Assembly (NCBI GenBank): GCA_963662945.1
Contig: OY759974.1
Span: 1,792,001-1,856,000 of the forward strand
Source: Arcobacteraceae bacterium
Lineage (GTDB): Bacteria; Campylobacterota; Campylobacteria; Campylobacterales; Arcobacteraceae
Direction: 5' to 3'
DNA: 64,000 bases
Part shown: positions 20,769 to 31,945 of the stretch, piece after piece
How positions within the stretch are numbered: the stretch's first letter is position 1
How the letters are laid out: every line of letters begins with the position of its first letter
The notes under the pieces: generated by a model
Database searches by the model: none
What the model was told of the DNA's origin: nothing
The model's input: only the letters and a program-made list of their open reading frames with translations
Translations under genes and position numbers: made by a program

Positions 20769-21539
20769 TCAACTTAGGTATGATAAAAGTTCTTTGTGAA
20801 TCAAACCATTTGTTGCTACGATACATTCTTTACCAAAAATATTATATGTTTCATTGTTCATGTTTGTTACAGTTCCACCTGCTTCTTCTAAAATAATCAT
20901 ACCAGCTGCAACATCCCATGCTTTTAGATTGATTTCATAATATCCATCATAAGTTCCTCTTGCAACCATACAAAGGTCAATAGATGCACTTCCTAACCTT
21001 CTTACATCTTGACATTGTGGCAATACTGATTCTAGGTTTCGTATAACAAAAGCTAAATCATTTTTATTTGTTGCACTTGTATAAGGAAATCCAGTTGCAA
21101 TGAGAGACTCTTTAAATTGTTTATTAGAAGTTACTTTTAAAGGTTCATTATTGCAAAATGCACCACATCCAATTTTTGCTTGATAAAGTTCATCTAAGAT
21201 AGGATTATAAACAATACCAATATAAGGTTTTTTATTCTTATATACACCTACAGAAATAGCACAGTGAGGTACTTGATTGACAAAATTTGTTGTTCCATCA
21301 ATGGGATCAATAATAATGGAATCACAAAATTCCAAATCACTATTATCAGATTCTTCTGCAATGATATTAAACTCTTTAAAAGTAGAAGAAAATTTTTCTT
21401 TTAGAAAATTCTCAACAGCAATATCATATTGGGTTACTAAATCTTTTTTTCCCTTAAAGGTTATTTCTTTATTTGTGTAATACCCTTTTTTTAATATCTC
21501 GCCAGCTTCTTTAATAATTTGAATTAATGTATCTATCAT
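20769..21539 (-). CDS. suhB: Inositol monophosphatase family protein
   Basis: DPIDGTTNF, RRLGSA, WDVAAG. Confidence 0.9.
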   Translation of the reverse strand: MIDTLIQIIKEAGEILKKGYYTNKEITFKGKKDLVTQYDIAVENFLKEKFSSTFKEFNIIAEESDNSDLEFCDSIIIDPIDGTTNFVNQVPHCAISVGVYKNKKPYIGIVYNPILDELYQAKIGCGAFCNNEPLKVTSNKQFKESLIATGFPYTSATNKNDLAFVIRNLESVLPQCQDVRRLGSASIDLCMVARGTYDGYYEINLKAWDVAAGMIILEEAGGTVTNMNNETYNIFGKECIVATNGLIHKELLSYLS

Positions 21540-21541
21540 TA

Positions 21542-21898
21542 TTAGTTTGATAAAAAAACATTGTTATAATCATTGATTTCATAGCCTACATATAGTTTTT
21601 CTTCACCATTGAGACCATGCTCACAAATAGGTCTTTTTATAAGAGAGTTATTTTCCCATAAAAGTTTTGTTTTTGTTTTAGTATTGAGATTTGTTCCTTT
21701 TAAGTTTAAGTCTCTATATGCTTTACTTCGAGGATTAAATAACTCTTTGGCTTCTGTAAATTGAAGCCAATATTCTATTTTTTCTTGTGAGATAGGATTT
21801 TTATCAATATCTATAAAGTCATAATTGATGTTGTTACTATCGAAGAACTCTTTTGCTTTTTTTACACTTGGACAAGTTTTTATTCCATATACTTTCAT
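21542..21898 (-). CDS. ArsC/Spx/YffB-family protein
   Basis: VYGIKTCPSVKKA, LIKRP. Confidence 0.85.
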   Translation of the reverse strand: MKVYGIKTCPSVKKAKEFFDSNNINYDFIDIDKNPISQEKIEYWLQFTEAKELFNPRSKAYRDLNLKGTNLNTKTKTKLLWENNSLIKRPICEHGLNGEEKLYVGYEINDYNNVFLSN

Positions 21899-21986
21899 AT
21901 AATACCCCTTTAGAATTATTGAAATATATTATCAAAGGAAAATTTCATTTTAGTGACAATTATCCTTTACCACTTGATTATTTAAA

Positions 21987-23333
21987 TTACAACTTAAGTA
22001 TACCTGTTTCATTCAGCATTATCAATAGAACAGATATGGGAGCAATATACCTAATAAGAATAAGCCATACTTTAAAAAATCTTTCTCCCATAAATGGTAC
22101 AAGAGTATTTCGTATAAGTTGTTTATCCATAATATATCCAACAAATATAGCTAGTAAAATACCACCTAAAGGCATTAGGATTGCAGCGGTTATAAAATCA
22201 AACCAATCAAATAAATTTTTATTTCCAAATGTTAAACTTTCAGAGAAACTATTTGTATTTGAAAGAAGTGCAAAGATACCGATAATATAAAAAATAGATG
22301 ATATTGTGTAAGTAGCTTTTTTTCGAGAGATTTTTTTTCTTTCGACAAGATACATTACAGTAGGTTCTAATACTGAAATAGCAGAGGTGATAGAAGCAAA
22401 AGCTAAAGCAATAAAAAATGCTATAGCCATAATATTTCCAATAGCACCCATTTCATAAAAAATTGCAGGAAGTGTAATAAATACTAATCCTGGACCTTGA
22501 CCAGGTTCTTGACCAGCTGTAAATACAACTGAAAATATGATAATACCCGCAACAATCGCAATAATTGTATCAAGGGAAACAATTGTTATAGAAGCTTTTA
22601 CAATATTGATATTTCTATCTAATGATGCAGAATAAGAAAGAATAGTTGCCATACCAATAGAAAGTGTGAAAAAAGCATGACCAACTGCTATAATAATAGA
22701 ACTTGCATGAAATTTTTCAAAATTTGGATAAAACATAAAATCTAAAGCTTTTGTAAATCCTGAAAGAGAAATACTATAAAAAAACATTATTATAAGAATT
22801 ATAATTAAAGTTGGCATCAATAAGTTATTAAGTTTTTCAATCCCTTTTTTAACACCTTTTGAAATAGTGTAAGCAATTATTAAAAAAGCTAATGTATAGT
22901 AAAAAAGTTGTGTATATATATCATCTTTTAACATTGTGAGAAAGACTGTTTCCGCTTGAGAAGTATTTTGTGGTAGATTAATGACCGCAATAACAATATA
23001 GTTTAGAATCCATCCTACAACAATAGAGTAAAAAGACAATATGATAATACCTGTTAGAAATGTAAATCCAGAATATTTCCAGTATTTTTTTCCAGGAGGA
23101 GATAATGTTTCAAAAGAGGTTACAGAATCTTTATTGGTACTACTTCCCACTAAAACTTCAGCAATAAATATTGATAAACCTATTAAAATTACTGTAAAGA
23201 GATACACAAAGACAAAAATTCCACCACCATTTTCACCTGTAATATAAGGAAACTTCCAAATATTTCCCAATCCAACAGCACTTCCCGCTGCTGCTAAGAT
23301 AAATCCTATTCTTGAAAATCTATTGGTATACAT
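21987..23333 (-). CDS. Sodium-dependent NSS (SNF) family transporter
   Basis: AAAGSAVGLGNIWKFPY, AFFTLSIG, GPGLVFITLP. Confidence 0.93.
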   Translation of the reverse strand: MYTNRFSRIGFILAAAGSAVGLGNIWKFPYITGENGGGIFVFVYLFTVILIGLSIFIAEVLVGSSTNKDSVTSFETLSPPGKKYWKYSGFTFLTGIIILSFYSIVVGWILNYIVIAVINLPQNTSQAETVFLTMLKDDIYTQLFYYTLAFLIIAYTISKGVKKGIEKLNNLLMPTLIIILIIMFFYSISLSGFTKALDFMFYPNFEKFHASSIIIAVGHAFFTLSIGMATILSYSASLDRNINIVKASITIVSLDTIIAIVAGIIIFSVVFTAGQEPGQGPGLVFITLPAIFYEMGAIGNIMAIAFFIALAFASITSAISVLEPTVMYLVERKKISRKKATYTISSIFYIIGIFALLSNTNSFSESLTFGNKNLFDWFDFITAAILMPLGGILLAIFVGYIMDKQLIRNTLVPFMGERFFKVWLILIRYIAPISVLLIMLNETGILKL

Positions 23334-23348
23334 TTCTATCCTTTTTAG

Positions 23349-24404
23349 TTAGTCAAGCTCATTGTATAAACTATCCCTTTCAATTGGTTCAAAACCACTA
23401 TTTTTAATAAGTTCTATAAATTCTGATTGTTTCATACCATTTGCACTAGCTGCACCTGCAGCACTATTGATAGATTCTTTCTCAATGGTTCCATCTAAAT
23501 CATTTGCTCCAAATTCTTGAGCTACTAATGCTAATTTTATAGATGAAGTTACCCAATATGCTTTTAGACTTGGAATATTATCAAGAATTATTCTAGAAAT
23601 TGCAAATGTTTTAAGTATCTCTTGGGCTGTTGGGAAATCTGTTACTTTTAAAAAGTTATTCTCTTTTTGATATACAAGAGGTATAAATGAGTTAAATCCT
23701 CCTGTAATATCTTGTAAATCTCTTAATCGTAACATATGATCTACTCTATTTTCTCTACTTTCAATATGTCCAAAAAGCATAGTTGCATTTGATTTTCGTC
23801 CTCTTTGATGCCATAGTTTGTGTATTTGTATCCATTGGTCGGAACTTACTTTACCGCCACAAACCCTTTTTCGCACTTGTTCATCAAAAATTTCAGCACC
23901 ACCACCTGGCATAGAATCTACACCGTATTCAATCATCATATCTATAATTTCATCATAAGATTTATTGTACTCTTCACTTAAAAAATGAATCTCTGCTGCT
24001 GTGAGTGCTTTTACATGAAGTTGTGGATATTGTTCTTTTATTTTTTTGAAAATTTCAAGATACCACTCTAACCCTGTATTTGGATTATGGGCTGAAACTA
24101 TATGGACCTCTTTGATGCCATTTTTTACACTATTTTCTACGGTATTCATTATCTCGTCGTGGGTCATAGTATATTGATGTGGATTTTTTCTACTTGCACT
24201 GTAGGCACAAAATTGACAAACATCTTTACAAATGTTAGTTGGATTTATATGTCGATTTACATTATAATAAGTTTTTCTTCCAAATTTGTTTTCTCTAATT
24301 TTTGAAGCTATTTTTCCAAGCTCAAGAAGATCCATATCATAAAGTTTTATAGCATCTTCAAATTGTAATCTTGTGTTATTTTTTAATTTTTCTTCTAATG
24401 TCAT
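23349..24404 (-). CDS. mqnE: Aminofutalosine synthase (radical SAM)
   Basis: NRHINPTNICKDVCQFC (CxxxCxxC), SMPGGGAEIF, NATMLFGH; near mqnF. Confidence 0.88.
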   Translation of the reverse strand: MTLEEKLKNNTRLQFEDAIKLYDMDLLELGKIASKIRENKFGRKTYYNVNRHINPTNICKDVCQFCAYSASRKNPHQYTMTHDEIMNTVENSVKNGIKEVHIVSAHNPNTGLEWYLEIFKKIKEQYPQLHVKALTAAEIHFLSEEYNKSYDEIIDMMIEYGVDSMPGGGAEIFDEQVRKRVCGGKVSSDQWIQIHKLWHQRGRKSNATMLFGHIESRENRVDHMLRLRDLQDITGGFNSFIPLVYQKENNFLKVTDFPTAQEILKTFAISRIILDNIPSLKAYWVTSSIKLALVAQEFGANDLDGTIEKESINSAAGAASANGMKQSEFIELIKNSGFEPIERDSLYNELD

Positions 24405-24406
24405 AG

Positions 24407-24616
24407 TTAATATCTTTTCTCTTTTCTTTTAATTTTATATTTTGGTGCATTGGCAATATCATATACATGTTTAGGTTCTTGTTTGTGTAAGGCTATGATA
24501 TCAATTTGAGTGTCTTTATAAAACCACCCTTCATTTCTATCTTGAAGTATATTATCTTTAAATAAATTTTTTAGTTCATCACTTGTAATAATTATTTCAT
24601 CAATTTCTTCAGCCAT
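24407..24616 (-). CDS. Small hypothetical protein
   Basis: 69-aa ORF with AAGGA RBS, tightly packed between sppA and mqnE. Confidence 0.65.
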   Translation of the reverse strand: MAEEIDEIIITSDELKNLFKDNILQDRNEGWFYKDTQIDIIALHKQEPKHVYDIANAPKYKIKRKEKRY

Positions 24617-24627
24617 GATATTTCCTT

Positions 24628-25497
24628 TTAAAAAGCCATAAGACCACTTGTTTTTGTCGATATATTAGAAATACTCCCTGTGATTATTTTTTCCATGAAT
24701 TTTTCCATTTCATCTTCTTTTGACCATACAGGTTTTTTCACATTGCTTAATTGTACTACTAATTCTTTTGCTCTTGAAATAGGTGCTACTTCATCTACAA
24801 GTTTGACCTCTTTTGCACCAAATGCAGTAAAAATATGCGCATCTGCATACTGTTTATGGTCTTCTTTTTTTAATTTTCTTGCATCTGCTACATAAGAGAC
24901 AAAAAGATTATATGTATTTTGAGTTACTTTTTCTAGTTCTTCTTTTTCCTCTTTTGTCCAGGCTCGTGTTGGTGTTCCAGATTCTTTGTAAACACCAGCT
25001 TTTACAACTTGAGATTTGACACCTATTTTTGCCATTAATTCACTTGCATCAACACTTTGCATAATCACACCAATACTTCCTATCATACTTCCAGGATTTG
25101 CTATAATTGTATTGGCATATAAACTTGCCAAGTAACTTCCGCTAGCCATAATACCACTAGCATAAGCTACTACTGGTTTTATTTCATTTAATTCTTTAAT
25201 AGCATAAGCAATCTCAACAGAAGGAGCAACTGCACCACCTGGAGAATTTACTTTAAATAAGACGCCTTTGATTGAAGGATCGTTTTTTGCTGTTTCAATC
25301 TTATCTAAAACTTCATCTGCAATCATTATTGGACCATTAAGTTCAATAATTTGAAGATTTGGACGTTCTAAATTTTGTTTATCTGTATTTGTTATAACAA
25401 AATAAAGGATAGTTAAAAATAAAACAGTTTTAAAATTGTTTTGTATAAATTGTATTGGTGCTGTAATTGGAAGAAACAGCTTACTTAAGAAGTTCAT
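24628..25497 (-). CDS. sppA: Signal peptide peptidase SppA (S49)
   Basis: VNSPGGAV, MASGSY, GSIGVI. Confidence 0.92.
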   Translation of the reverse strand: MNFLSKLFLPITAPIQFIQNNFKTVLFLTILYFVITNTDKQNLERPNLQIIELNGPIMIADEVLDKIETAKNDPSIKGVLFKVNSPGGAVAPSVEIAYAIKELNEIKPVVAYASGIMASGSYLASLYANTIIANPGSMIGSIGVIMQSVDASELMAKIGVKSQVVKAGVYKESGTPTRAWTKEEKEELEKVTQNTYNLFVSYVADARKLKKEDHKQYADAHIFTAFGAKEVKLVDEVAPISRAKELVVQLSNVKKPVWSKEDEMEKFMEKIITGSISNISTKTSGLMAF

Positions 25498-26713
25498 CGA
25501 CCCCTCCTATAAATGTATGATTTGTTTGTGATGTATGGAGAATAATTGCTGTTGCTAAATCATCTCTATCTTCAATAGAATCAGGAAGTGTAAAACTGAT
25601 AATATCTGCATCATATCCTTTTTGCAATATTCCTTTTTGAAGTCCAAGTGCTCGTGCACCACCACTAGTTGCTGCATGTAGAAGCTGTTGTGATAGTTGA
25701 TTTGGTTCAAAGTTAGTGTGGATAAAAATCGCATTTTTTAACTCTTCGAACATATTTAGAGTATGATTTGAACTTAATCCATCTGTCCCCATAGCAAGAG
25801 GAATTTCTTTTATATAACTTAAATTTAATGTTGCATTATTTAAAAGTCGATTTGAATTTGGACAATGAATAATAGAAGCGCCAAGATCATGTATTTGTTG
25901 TAACTCTTGTTCATTTGCTTCTACACAATGAGTAAAACTCAAGTGTTTAATATCTTTAAATTGATATAAAAAATCACTTGGTTTTGTTAATGATTGATGT
26001 TGATCTAACATATCTTTAAAAAAAGAGCTAAACTCTCCATCACTATAATTTAACCAATTGTTTTCAGCAGCACTTTCTTGAAAATGTGCAGAAACTGGCA
26101 TCTCTTTTTCTCGTGCTATTTTTAATACTTCTCTTATTAAAAAAGGGTGTGTTGAGTAAGGAGAATGTATAGCAATTGCTGGTATAAAAGTTTTTGAAGA
26201 GTGACTTTGTGCATTTTGAAGTTTTTCCTTGAAGTCTAGAAAAAGTGTATCTATCATTTCAGGTTTGCTTCCTAAAATTTCCGTAAAATAAATAACATTG
26301 ATAGGGGATTCTACACATGAGTCCATATCAAAACCATACGAACTAATTGCACCAATAGTTGTTGTTCCATTTTGTATCATTTTAGCTAGTTCATTATCGA
26401 TTAGTTGTTTATCTGCTTTTTCTATGAGTTCTTCTCTATTTTTAATAACTGAAAAAAGCCATTGAACAAAGTTTCCATATTTTAAAGTAGTTTTATTTGC
26501 ACTAAATTCTAAATGAACGTGAGTGTTAATAAGACCTGGCATAAGAACTGAGTTTGTTCCTAAATATTCAATTTTTTCATTTGGATATTTAATTTTAAAT
26601 CGTTCGTATGTATCTATATCAAGAATTTTTTCATCAAAACAAATAGCACCATCTTGAATGATAGTAAAGTTATCATCACAAGTAACAAGCCAATCTGCGT
26701 AGAAAAATTTCAT
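25481..26713 (-). CDS. mqnF: Aminofutalosine deaminase-like amidohydrolase
   Basis: PGLINTHVHLEF, AIHSPYS, HCPNSN, GTDGLSSN; sits between sppA and a divergent aroQ. Confidence 0.8.
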   Translation of the reverse strand: MKFFYADWLVTCDDNFTIIQDGAICFDEKILDIDTYERFKIKYPNEKIEYLGTNSVLMPGLINTHVHLEFSANKTTLKYGNFVQWLFSVIKNREELIEKADKQLIDNELAKMIQNGTTTIGAISSYGFDMDSCVESPINVIYFTEILGSKPEMIDTLFLDFKEKLQNAQSHSSKTFIPAIAIHSPYSTHPFLIREVLKIAREKEMPVSAHFQESAAENNWLNYSDGEFSSFFKDMLDQHQSLTKPSDFLYQFKDIKHLSFTHCVEANEQELQQIHDLGASIIHCPNSNRLLNNATLNLSYIKEIPLAMGTDGLSSNHTLNMFEELKNAIFIHTNFEPNQLSQQLLHAATSGGARALGLQKGILQKGYDADIISFTLPDSIEDRDDLATAIILHTSQTNHTFIGGVDELLK

Positions 26714-26788
26714 GATATTATTAACCTCTTATTATATTTTAGATATTATACCAAAAATTTATAATTTACAATTAAAAGGGAAAAAAAT

Positions 26789-27283
26789 ATGAAAATTGCA
26801 GTTATTCAAGGGCCAAATCTAAACATGTTAGGTATTAGAGAGCAAAATATCTATGGACCAATGACATTAGATCAAATTCATCAACAAATGAAAGGAAGTG
26901 CTGAACAAAATGGTGTTGAGTTAGAGTTCTTTCAAAGTAATTTAGAGGGTGAAATTGTTGATAAAATTCAAGAGTGTTTAGGGACAGTTGATGGTATTAT
27001 TATTAATCCAGCTGCATATTCTCATACAAGTATTGCTATTGCAGATGCAATTAGTGCTGTAAATTTACCAGTAGTTGAAGTACATATTTCAAATATATAT
27101 AAAAGAGAAGAATTTAGACAAAAATCTGTAACAGCAACTGCAAGTTTAGGTGTAATTACAGGATTTGGACCATTTGGATACCATATGGGACTTATTGCAT
27201 TAATGCAAATTATTAGTGAAATGCAAGCTGCACATAATGCAAAACTTGCAGCACAAGAAAAACAACAAACAGAAGAAAAATAA
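26789..27283 (+). CDS. aroQ: Type II 3-dehydroquinate dehydratase
   Basis: [29 protein letters not shown]. Confidence 0.96.
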   Translation: MKIAVIQGPNLNMLGIREQNIYGPMTLDQIHQQMKGSAEQNGVELEFFQSNLEGEIVDKIQECLGTVDGIIINPAAYSHTSIAIADAISAVNLPVVEVHISNIYKREEFRQKSVTATASLGVITGFGPFGYHMGLIALMQIISEMQAAHNAKLAAQEKQQTEEK

Positions 27284-27286
27284 TTT

Positions 27287-28309
27287 ATGAAAAACTATAT
27301 TCTTCAAGATGAAAATGCTGTTTATTTTGAATGTGGATATAGTTGTGATAATGTTATTTTTTTAAATATCAGTGATGAAAAATATTTTATCACTGATGCT
27401 CGATATGAAATTGAGGCAAAACTTTTTGCAAAATCTTGTGAAGTGATTGTAACAAATGATTTAGTAAAAGCTACAAGAAAGATCCTGAAAAAATCAAAAA
27501 TCAAAAAACTTACTTTTGATCCAAATGATTTTAAACTTCTTACCTACAACTCTTTAAAAAATAATTTAGATGTAAAGTTTATTGAAAAACCAAATTTTTC
27601 AAAACTCAAAAGAATTATTAAAACAGATGATGAGATACAACTACTTAAAAAAGCTATGAGTCTAGGGAGAGATGGTTTTGAGAGATTTGCTTCATATATT
27701 CAAAAAGAGGGTTTAGGAAAAAGTGAAAAATATCTTTTTTTTAAAGCAAAAGAGTTTATGAGCAATACAGGAGAATTAGATTTAAGTTTTGATCCAATTG
27801 TTGCTATTAATGAAAATAGTGCAAAACCACATGCATTGCCTACTGATAAAATTTTAACTCAAAATGATTTATTGCTTGTAGATGCAGGGATAAAATATCA
27901 AAGATATTGTAGTGATAGAACCTGTACTTCAAGTGTAAACCAAAATATAAGTTTTAAGAGAAAACAAAAATTTCAAACTAAATTAGAGCAAAAAGTTTAT
28001 GATATAGTTTTAAAAGCACAACAAACAGCTATCAGTAAAGCAAAAGTTGGTATGAAAGCAAGTAAAATAGATAAACTAGCAAGAGATATCATAGAAAAAT
28101 CTGGATATGGAAAATATTTTGTTCATAGCACAGGTCATGGAGTGGGGCTTGACATTCATGAATATCCAACAATAAACAGTAGAAGTGATGTAATTATAGA
28201 AAATAATATGGTTTTTACAGTGGAACCAGGTATTTATTTAGGCGAGCAATTTGGTGTACGAATAGAAGATACTGTTGTTATGAAAAATGGTCGTGCTGAG
28301 ATATTATAG
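27287..28309 (+). CDS. M24-family Xaa-Pro aminopeptidase
   Basis: YCSDRT, HSTGHGVGLDIHEYP, FTVEPG, GVRIED. Confidence 0.92.
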   Translation: MKNYILQDENAVYFECGYSCDNVIFLNISDEKYFITDARYEIEAKLFAKSCEVIVTNDLVKATRKILKKSKIKKLTFDPNDFKLLTYNSLKNNLDVKFIEKPNFSKLKRIIKTDDEIQLLKKAMSLGRDGFERFASYIQKEGLGKSEKYLFFKAKEFMSNTGELDLSFDPIVAINENSAKPHALPTDKILTQNDLLLVDAGIKYQRYCSDRTCTSSVNQNISFKRKQKFQTKLEQKVYDIVLKAQQTAISKAKVGMKASKIDKLARDIIEKSGYGKYFVHSTGHGVGLDIHEYPTINSRSDVIIENNMVFTVEPGIYLGEQFGVRIEDTVVMKNGRAEIL

Positions 28310-29214
28310 TGTCAAATATTGTTGTTTCATGTGATTTAGGTTCTAACTCATTTCGAGTGTTAGTGTATGATTTTTTAAAAGATGAAGCTATTGGAGATTT
28401 TGAAACAACAGTTGGAACCGCTGATGGTCTAAAACAAAGTGGCAATATTTCAGTAGAAGCTCTAGAAAGAATTATCAAAGCAATCAATCAAAGCATTGAA
28501 AAACTTCATTACAATCCACAAGATGTGATAGCAGTTACAACTTCAGCAATGCGTCAGGCAAAAAACTCCTCTTTTATTATTGAACAAATTCAAAAAAAAA
28601 CGGGTGTTTTATTTAGTATAATTAGTGGAGATAAAGAAGCAGAACTTACACTTTTAGGACTTCAATATAGTCTAAAAAAACAAAATATCAATAGTGAAAA
28701 TATCATTTTAGTAGATATTGGTGGTGGAAGTACAGAAATAGTATTTGTAAAAGATAATACGCCTTTATATAAAAGTTTTGAAGTAGGGATAGTGACTTTA
28801 TCTCAATCCTCAAATAAAGAGGAGATACTCAAAAACTTTCAAAATGAGGTTCAAAGTTATATTAAAACTTTACCTTTTGATATTCAAGTTTTACAACTTG
28901 TAGCAACAGCTGGTACACCTACAACAATTGCAGCACTGAAACATAATCTAAATTATCATACTTATGATAAACAAATTATCAATGGAACTAAAGTTTCTAT
29001 GGATGATTTAGTGTATTATAAAAATTATTTAGAATCAATTCCATTAGAAGAAGCAGAAATTTTAACAGGAACAAATAGAGTACAGTTTATAGGTTCTGGA
29101 ATTGATATATTTAGATTGATTTATGAAATATTAGAGAAAGAGTTTTCTGTAGTTTTTGATGAAGGTTTACGAGAAGGTGTTGCTGTAGAACAATTTTTAA
29201 AATTTAAAAGGTAA
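28309..29214 (+). CDS. Ppx/GppA-family phosphatase
   Basis: DLGSNS, TSAMR, DIGGGSTE, GLREG; GTG start overlaps the upstream stop. Confidence 0.88.
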   Translation: MSNIVVSCDLGSNSFRVLVYDFLKDEAIGDFETTVGTADGLKQSGNISVEALERIIKAINQSIEKLHYNPQDVIAVTTSAMRQAKNSSFIIEQIQKKTGVLFSIISGDKEAELTLLGLQYSLKKQNINSENIILVDIGGGSTEIVFVKDNTPLYKSFEVGIVTLSQSSNKEEILKNFQNEVQSYIKTLPFDIQVLQLVATAGTPTTIAALKHNLNYHTYDKQIINGTKVSMDDLVYYKNYLESIPLEEAEILTGTNRVQFIGSGIDIFRLIYEILEKEFSVVFDEGLREGVAVEQFLKFKR

Positions 29215-29226
29215 AAGAGAAAAAGA

Positions 29227-31197
29227 TTATTTCTTTTTCTCTTTAATAACTTCCTCAACCTCTTTTTCAAAAAGATCCTCTTGTCTCATTGAAATTCCTT
29301 TCATATGTGAAATAGGTACACAAAATGCAATACCATCACCACTTGTAGTAATATGAAGTTTTTTAATTATTTCTCTTATAATTTTATCCACAATCATAGT
29401 CGGTACAATAAATAACAGCAGCTTATCAGTTTCTTCTGGTTTATGTCTATAAAAGTTATCTAGTTCAGCAAGCCCCATACCTGAAGCATTCAGTATAGTT
29501 ACTCCACTTGCTCCTGCTTCTTTAGCTGCATGAAGGGCATCATCCTCTTTATCTAAAGGAACGATTACAATAACAGCAGAGAAAGCAAGATTCATAGAGT
29601 GTCTTAAGTCTGTAGCATCTAAGTTAATAGTTGAGAGTGTCATATCATCAACACCCTCTAAACTTCCATGCAGTTTTGAAATATGTTCTTTTCTTTCCTC
29701 TTTTGCTATTTCTGTATCACCTTTAATATGAAGTTTTTCAATAATGATTCCATAAGATAAAACTGTAATCATAGGAAATAGTGATGCAAATGCAATAAGA
29801 CCAAATCCATCAATGAGTGGACTTCTTCCATCGATGTTTGTAGCAAGTCCTATACCAAGAGCAGCAACTAAAGGAACAGTTACAGTAGAAGTTGTAACAC
29901 CACCTGAATCATACGCTATAGGAATAATATGTTTTGGTGCTATAAAAGTTAAAAATACTACAACTAAGTATCCAGAAATAATATAGTAATGAATGTGTCC
30001 ACCATCAATAATTCTAAAAGCACCGAGTGCTATACCAAAAGCAACACCAGATGCGACAAAAAGTCTTAATGACATATCATTTATTTTTCCATCACTTATC
30101 TCTTTTGCTTTTTTTGCGATAGCCATAAGAGCTGGTTCAGCCATAGTGGTTGAAAAACCAATAGCAAATGCAAAGGCGTAAATTATCCATACATTTCCAG
30201 CTTGTGTAAGTTGGAATGCCATAGATTCACCAAGAGCAAAAAGTCCCATTTCAAGCCCTAAGATAAATGCATAAAGACCTAGTATAACAAGTATAAAACC
30301 AATAATTACTAATTTTAAATTTTCTATAGATTTTTTTAGAATACCATATTGAAAAAAGAAAATAATTGCAAGAATTGGTAATACATCTCTAATTACTGCT
30401 ATGATTCCATGTGTTACAGATTCTACTGTAATTGTAGTAGATACTTGTGCTTTGGCTTCAATTATGACTGCTGCTACTTCTTTTGCTTCAACAAAGTTAT
30501 ATACAAAGATTCCATATATTTGAACAAATATCATAGGAGTAAGTGAAGCAAATGCAATAAGTCCAAAACCATCTATAATGGGGTTTCTTCCCTTGATTGT
30601 TGAAGCTAAACCAATCCCAAGTGCAGCAACTAAAGGAACTGTTACTGTAGAAGTAGTAACACCCCCTAAGTCATAAGCAAGACCAATAATCTCTTTTGGT
30701 GCAAAAAATGTAACACTAACTACAGCTATATAACCACCAATAATGTAGTAGTGAATAGGGTGACCTTTAATAATCCTATACACACCAAGTAAAATTGCAA
30801 AACCTACAGATAAGGCAACTACATATCGTAAAGTATTTGCATCAATTCTGCCACTACTAATAGCAGCAGCTTTATCTGCAATAACAGAAAGGGCAGGTTC
30901 TGCAATTGTAGTACCAAAACCAATAGCAAAAGCAAAAACCATGATCCACATAGTAGAACCACTTTTTGCAAAATCTCTTGCTAGACCCTCTCCTACTGGG
31001 AATATACCTATTTCTAAACCTTGTAAAAATATAGCAAGTCCAATACCTACTATAATCATACCAACTGTCGTGGGGATCCAATCCTCTGGAATAGTTTGCA
31101 AAATTGCTAACTGAAAAAATAGTATTACTAATACTATAGGGATTAAATCTCTAAAAGACTCTTTTAAAAGTCTTAGAAAAAAATAAAATTGTGTCAT
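29227..31197 (-). CDS. Tandem DUF1538 membrane domains fused to a C-terminal PII-like domain
   Basis: Two copies of TxAEPAL, [25 protein letters not shown] and [12 protein letters not shown]-terminal [13 protein letters not shown]...[10 protein letters not shown]. Confidence 0.82.
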   Translation of the reverse strand: MTQFYFFLRLLKESFRDLIPIVLVILFFQLAILQTIPEDWIPTTVGMIIVGIGLAIFLQGLEIGIFPVGEGLARDFAKSGSTMWIMVFAFAIGFGTTIAEPALSVIADKAAAISSGRIDANTLRYVVALSVGFAILLGVYRIIKGHPIHYYIIGGYIAVVSVTFFAPKEIIGLAYDLGGVTTSTVTVPLVAALGIGLASTIKGRNPIIDGFGLIAFASLTPMIFVQIYGIFVYNFVEAKEVAAVIIEAKAQVSTTITVESVTHGIIAVIRDVLPILAIIFFFQYGILKKSIENLKLVIIGFILVILGLYAFILGLEMGLFALGESMAFQLTQAGNVWIIYAFAFAIGFSTTMAEPALMAIAKKAKEISDGKINDMSLRLFVASGVAFGIALGAFRIIDGGHIHYYIISGYLVVVFLTFIAPKHIIPIAYDSGGVTTSTVTVPLVAALGIGLATNIDGRSPLIDGFGLIAFASLFPMITVLSYGIIIEKLHIKGDTEIAKEERKEHISKLHGSLEGVDDMTLSTINLDATDLRHSMNLAFSAVIVIVPLDKEDDALHAAKEAGASGVTILNASGMGLAELDNFYRHKPEETDKLLLFIVPTMIVDKIIREIIKKLHITTSGDGIAFCVPISHMKGISMRQEDLFEKEVEEVIKEKKK

Positions 31198-31240
31198 TAC
31201 ACTTCCTTAACTAAAATAATCAAGGGGATTATAACAAATT

Positions 31241-31945
31241 TTATATTATTTCTGAGATAAGTTTTTTAAACTCACGGAGATCGTGATCATAACCTAACAT
31301 TACAATCGTATCTCCTGCATCAACTTTATGATTAATCCCAGTTGAGAAAAAAATAAATTTATCACTAAGCTCTTTATCTTGAATACCTAAAATAATAATA
31401 TTATTTTTATGTATTTTTTTTAAATCTTCTAAATAAATACCATCAAAAATAGAATTTTTTAGTATGGTGAATTCTGCAATTTCTATATTTGAAGAACTAA
31501 ATAAAATGTTGTCTAAAATATCTTGTATTACAGGTTTATGTAATGAACGAAATATTCTCATAGCTCCTATTTCTGAAGGATTAATAGTTTTATTTGCACC
31601 TGCTAAGAGTAGAGTTTTATTATCTTCTTTTGTTGAAGATAAAGAGATGATTTTTATATTTTGATTAATATTTCGTACACTTAATGTGATAAATAAATTT
31701 GTGTTTTTGTTGCTTCCCAAACAAAAAAATGCTTTAATATCATCTTTATCTAGTCCTGCTTCAATAATATGTTCATCATCCATTAAAGAAAGCTCTTTTG
31801 TTTCAAATCCAAGTTTTTTCGCTTCTAAAACTAATGTTTCATCATCTTCAATAATAATAATATGGTAGTTTTTTTGACGTAATGTAGTTGCTATTTTAGA
31901 AGCTATTTGACTAAAGCTATAAATAATAATTTTGTTTTTATTCAT
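31241..31945 (-). CDS. TrkA/RCK-domain protein (RCK-N plus RCK-C)
   Basis: NLFITLSVR, LLAGANKTINP and an RCK-C region similar to the neighbouring channel; Rossmann glycine motif degenerate (YSFSQIA). Confidence 0.82.
   Translation of the reverse strand: MNKNKIIIYSFSQIASKIATTLRQKNYHIIIIEDDETLVLEAKKLGFETKELSLMDDEHIIEAGLDKDDIKAFFCLGSNKNTNLFITLSVRNINQNIKIISLSSTKEDNKTLLLAGANKTINPSEIGAMRIFRSLHKPVIQDILDNILFSSSNIEIAEFTILKNSIFDGIYLEDLKKIHKNNIIILGIQDKELSDKFIFFSTGINHKVDAGDTIVMLGYDHDLREFKKLISEII

Noticed and set aside
21542-21898. Second arsenate reductase for the ars cluster
   Set aside because: YffB/Spx-like family outside the ars operon; an arsenic role is not supported
21853-22290. 145-aa plus-strand ORF and the other 60-123 aa ORFs nested in or antisense to clear genes
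   Set aside because: Shadow ORFs overlapping well-supported genes, with no motifs
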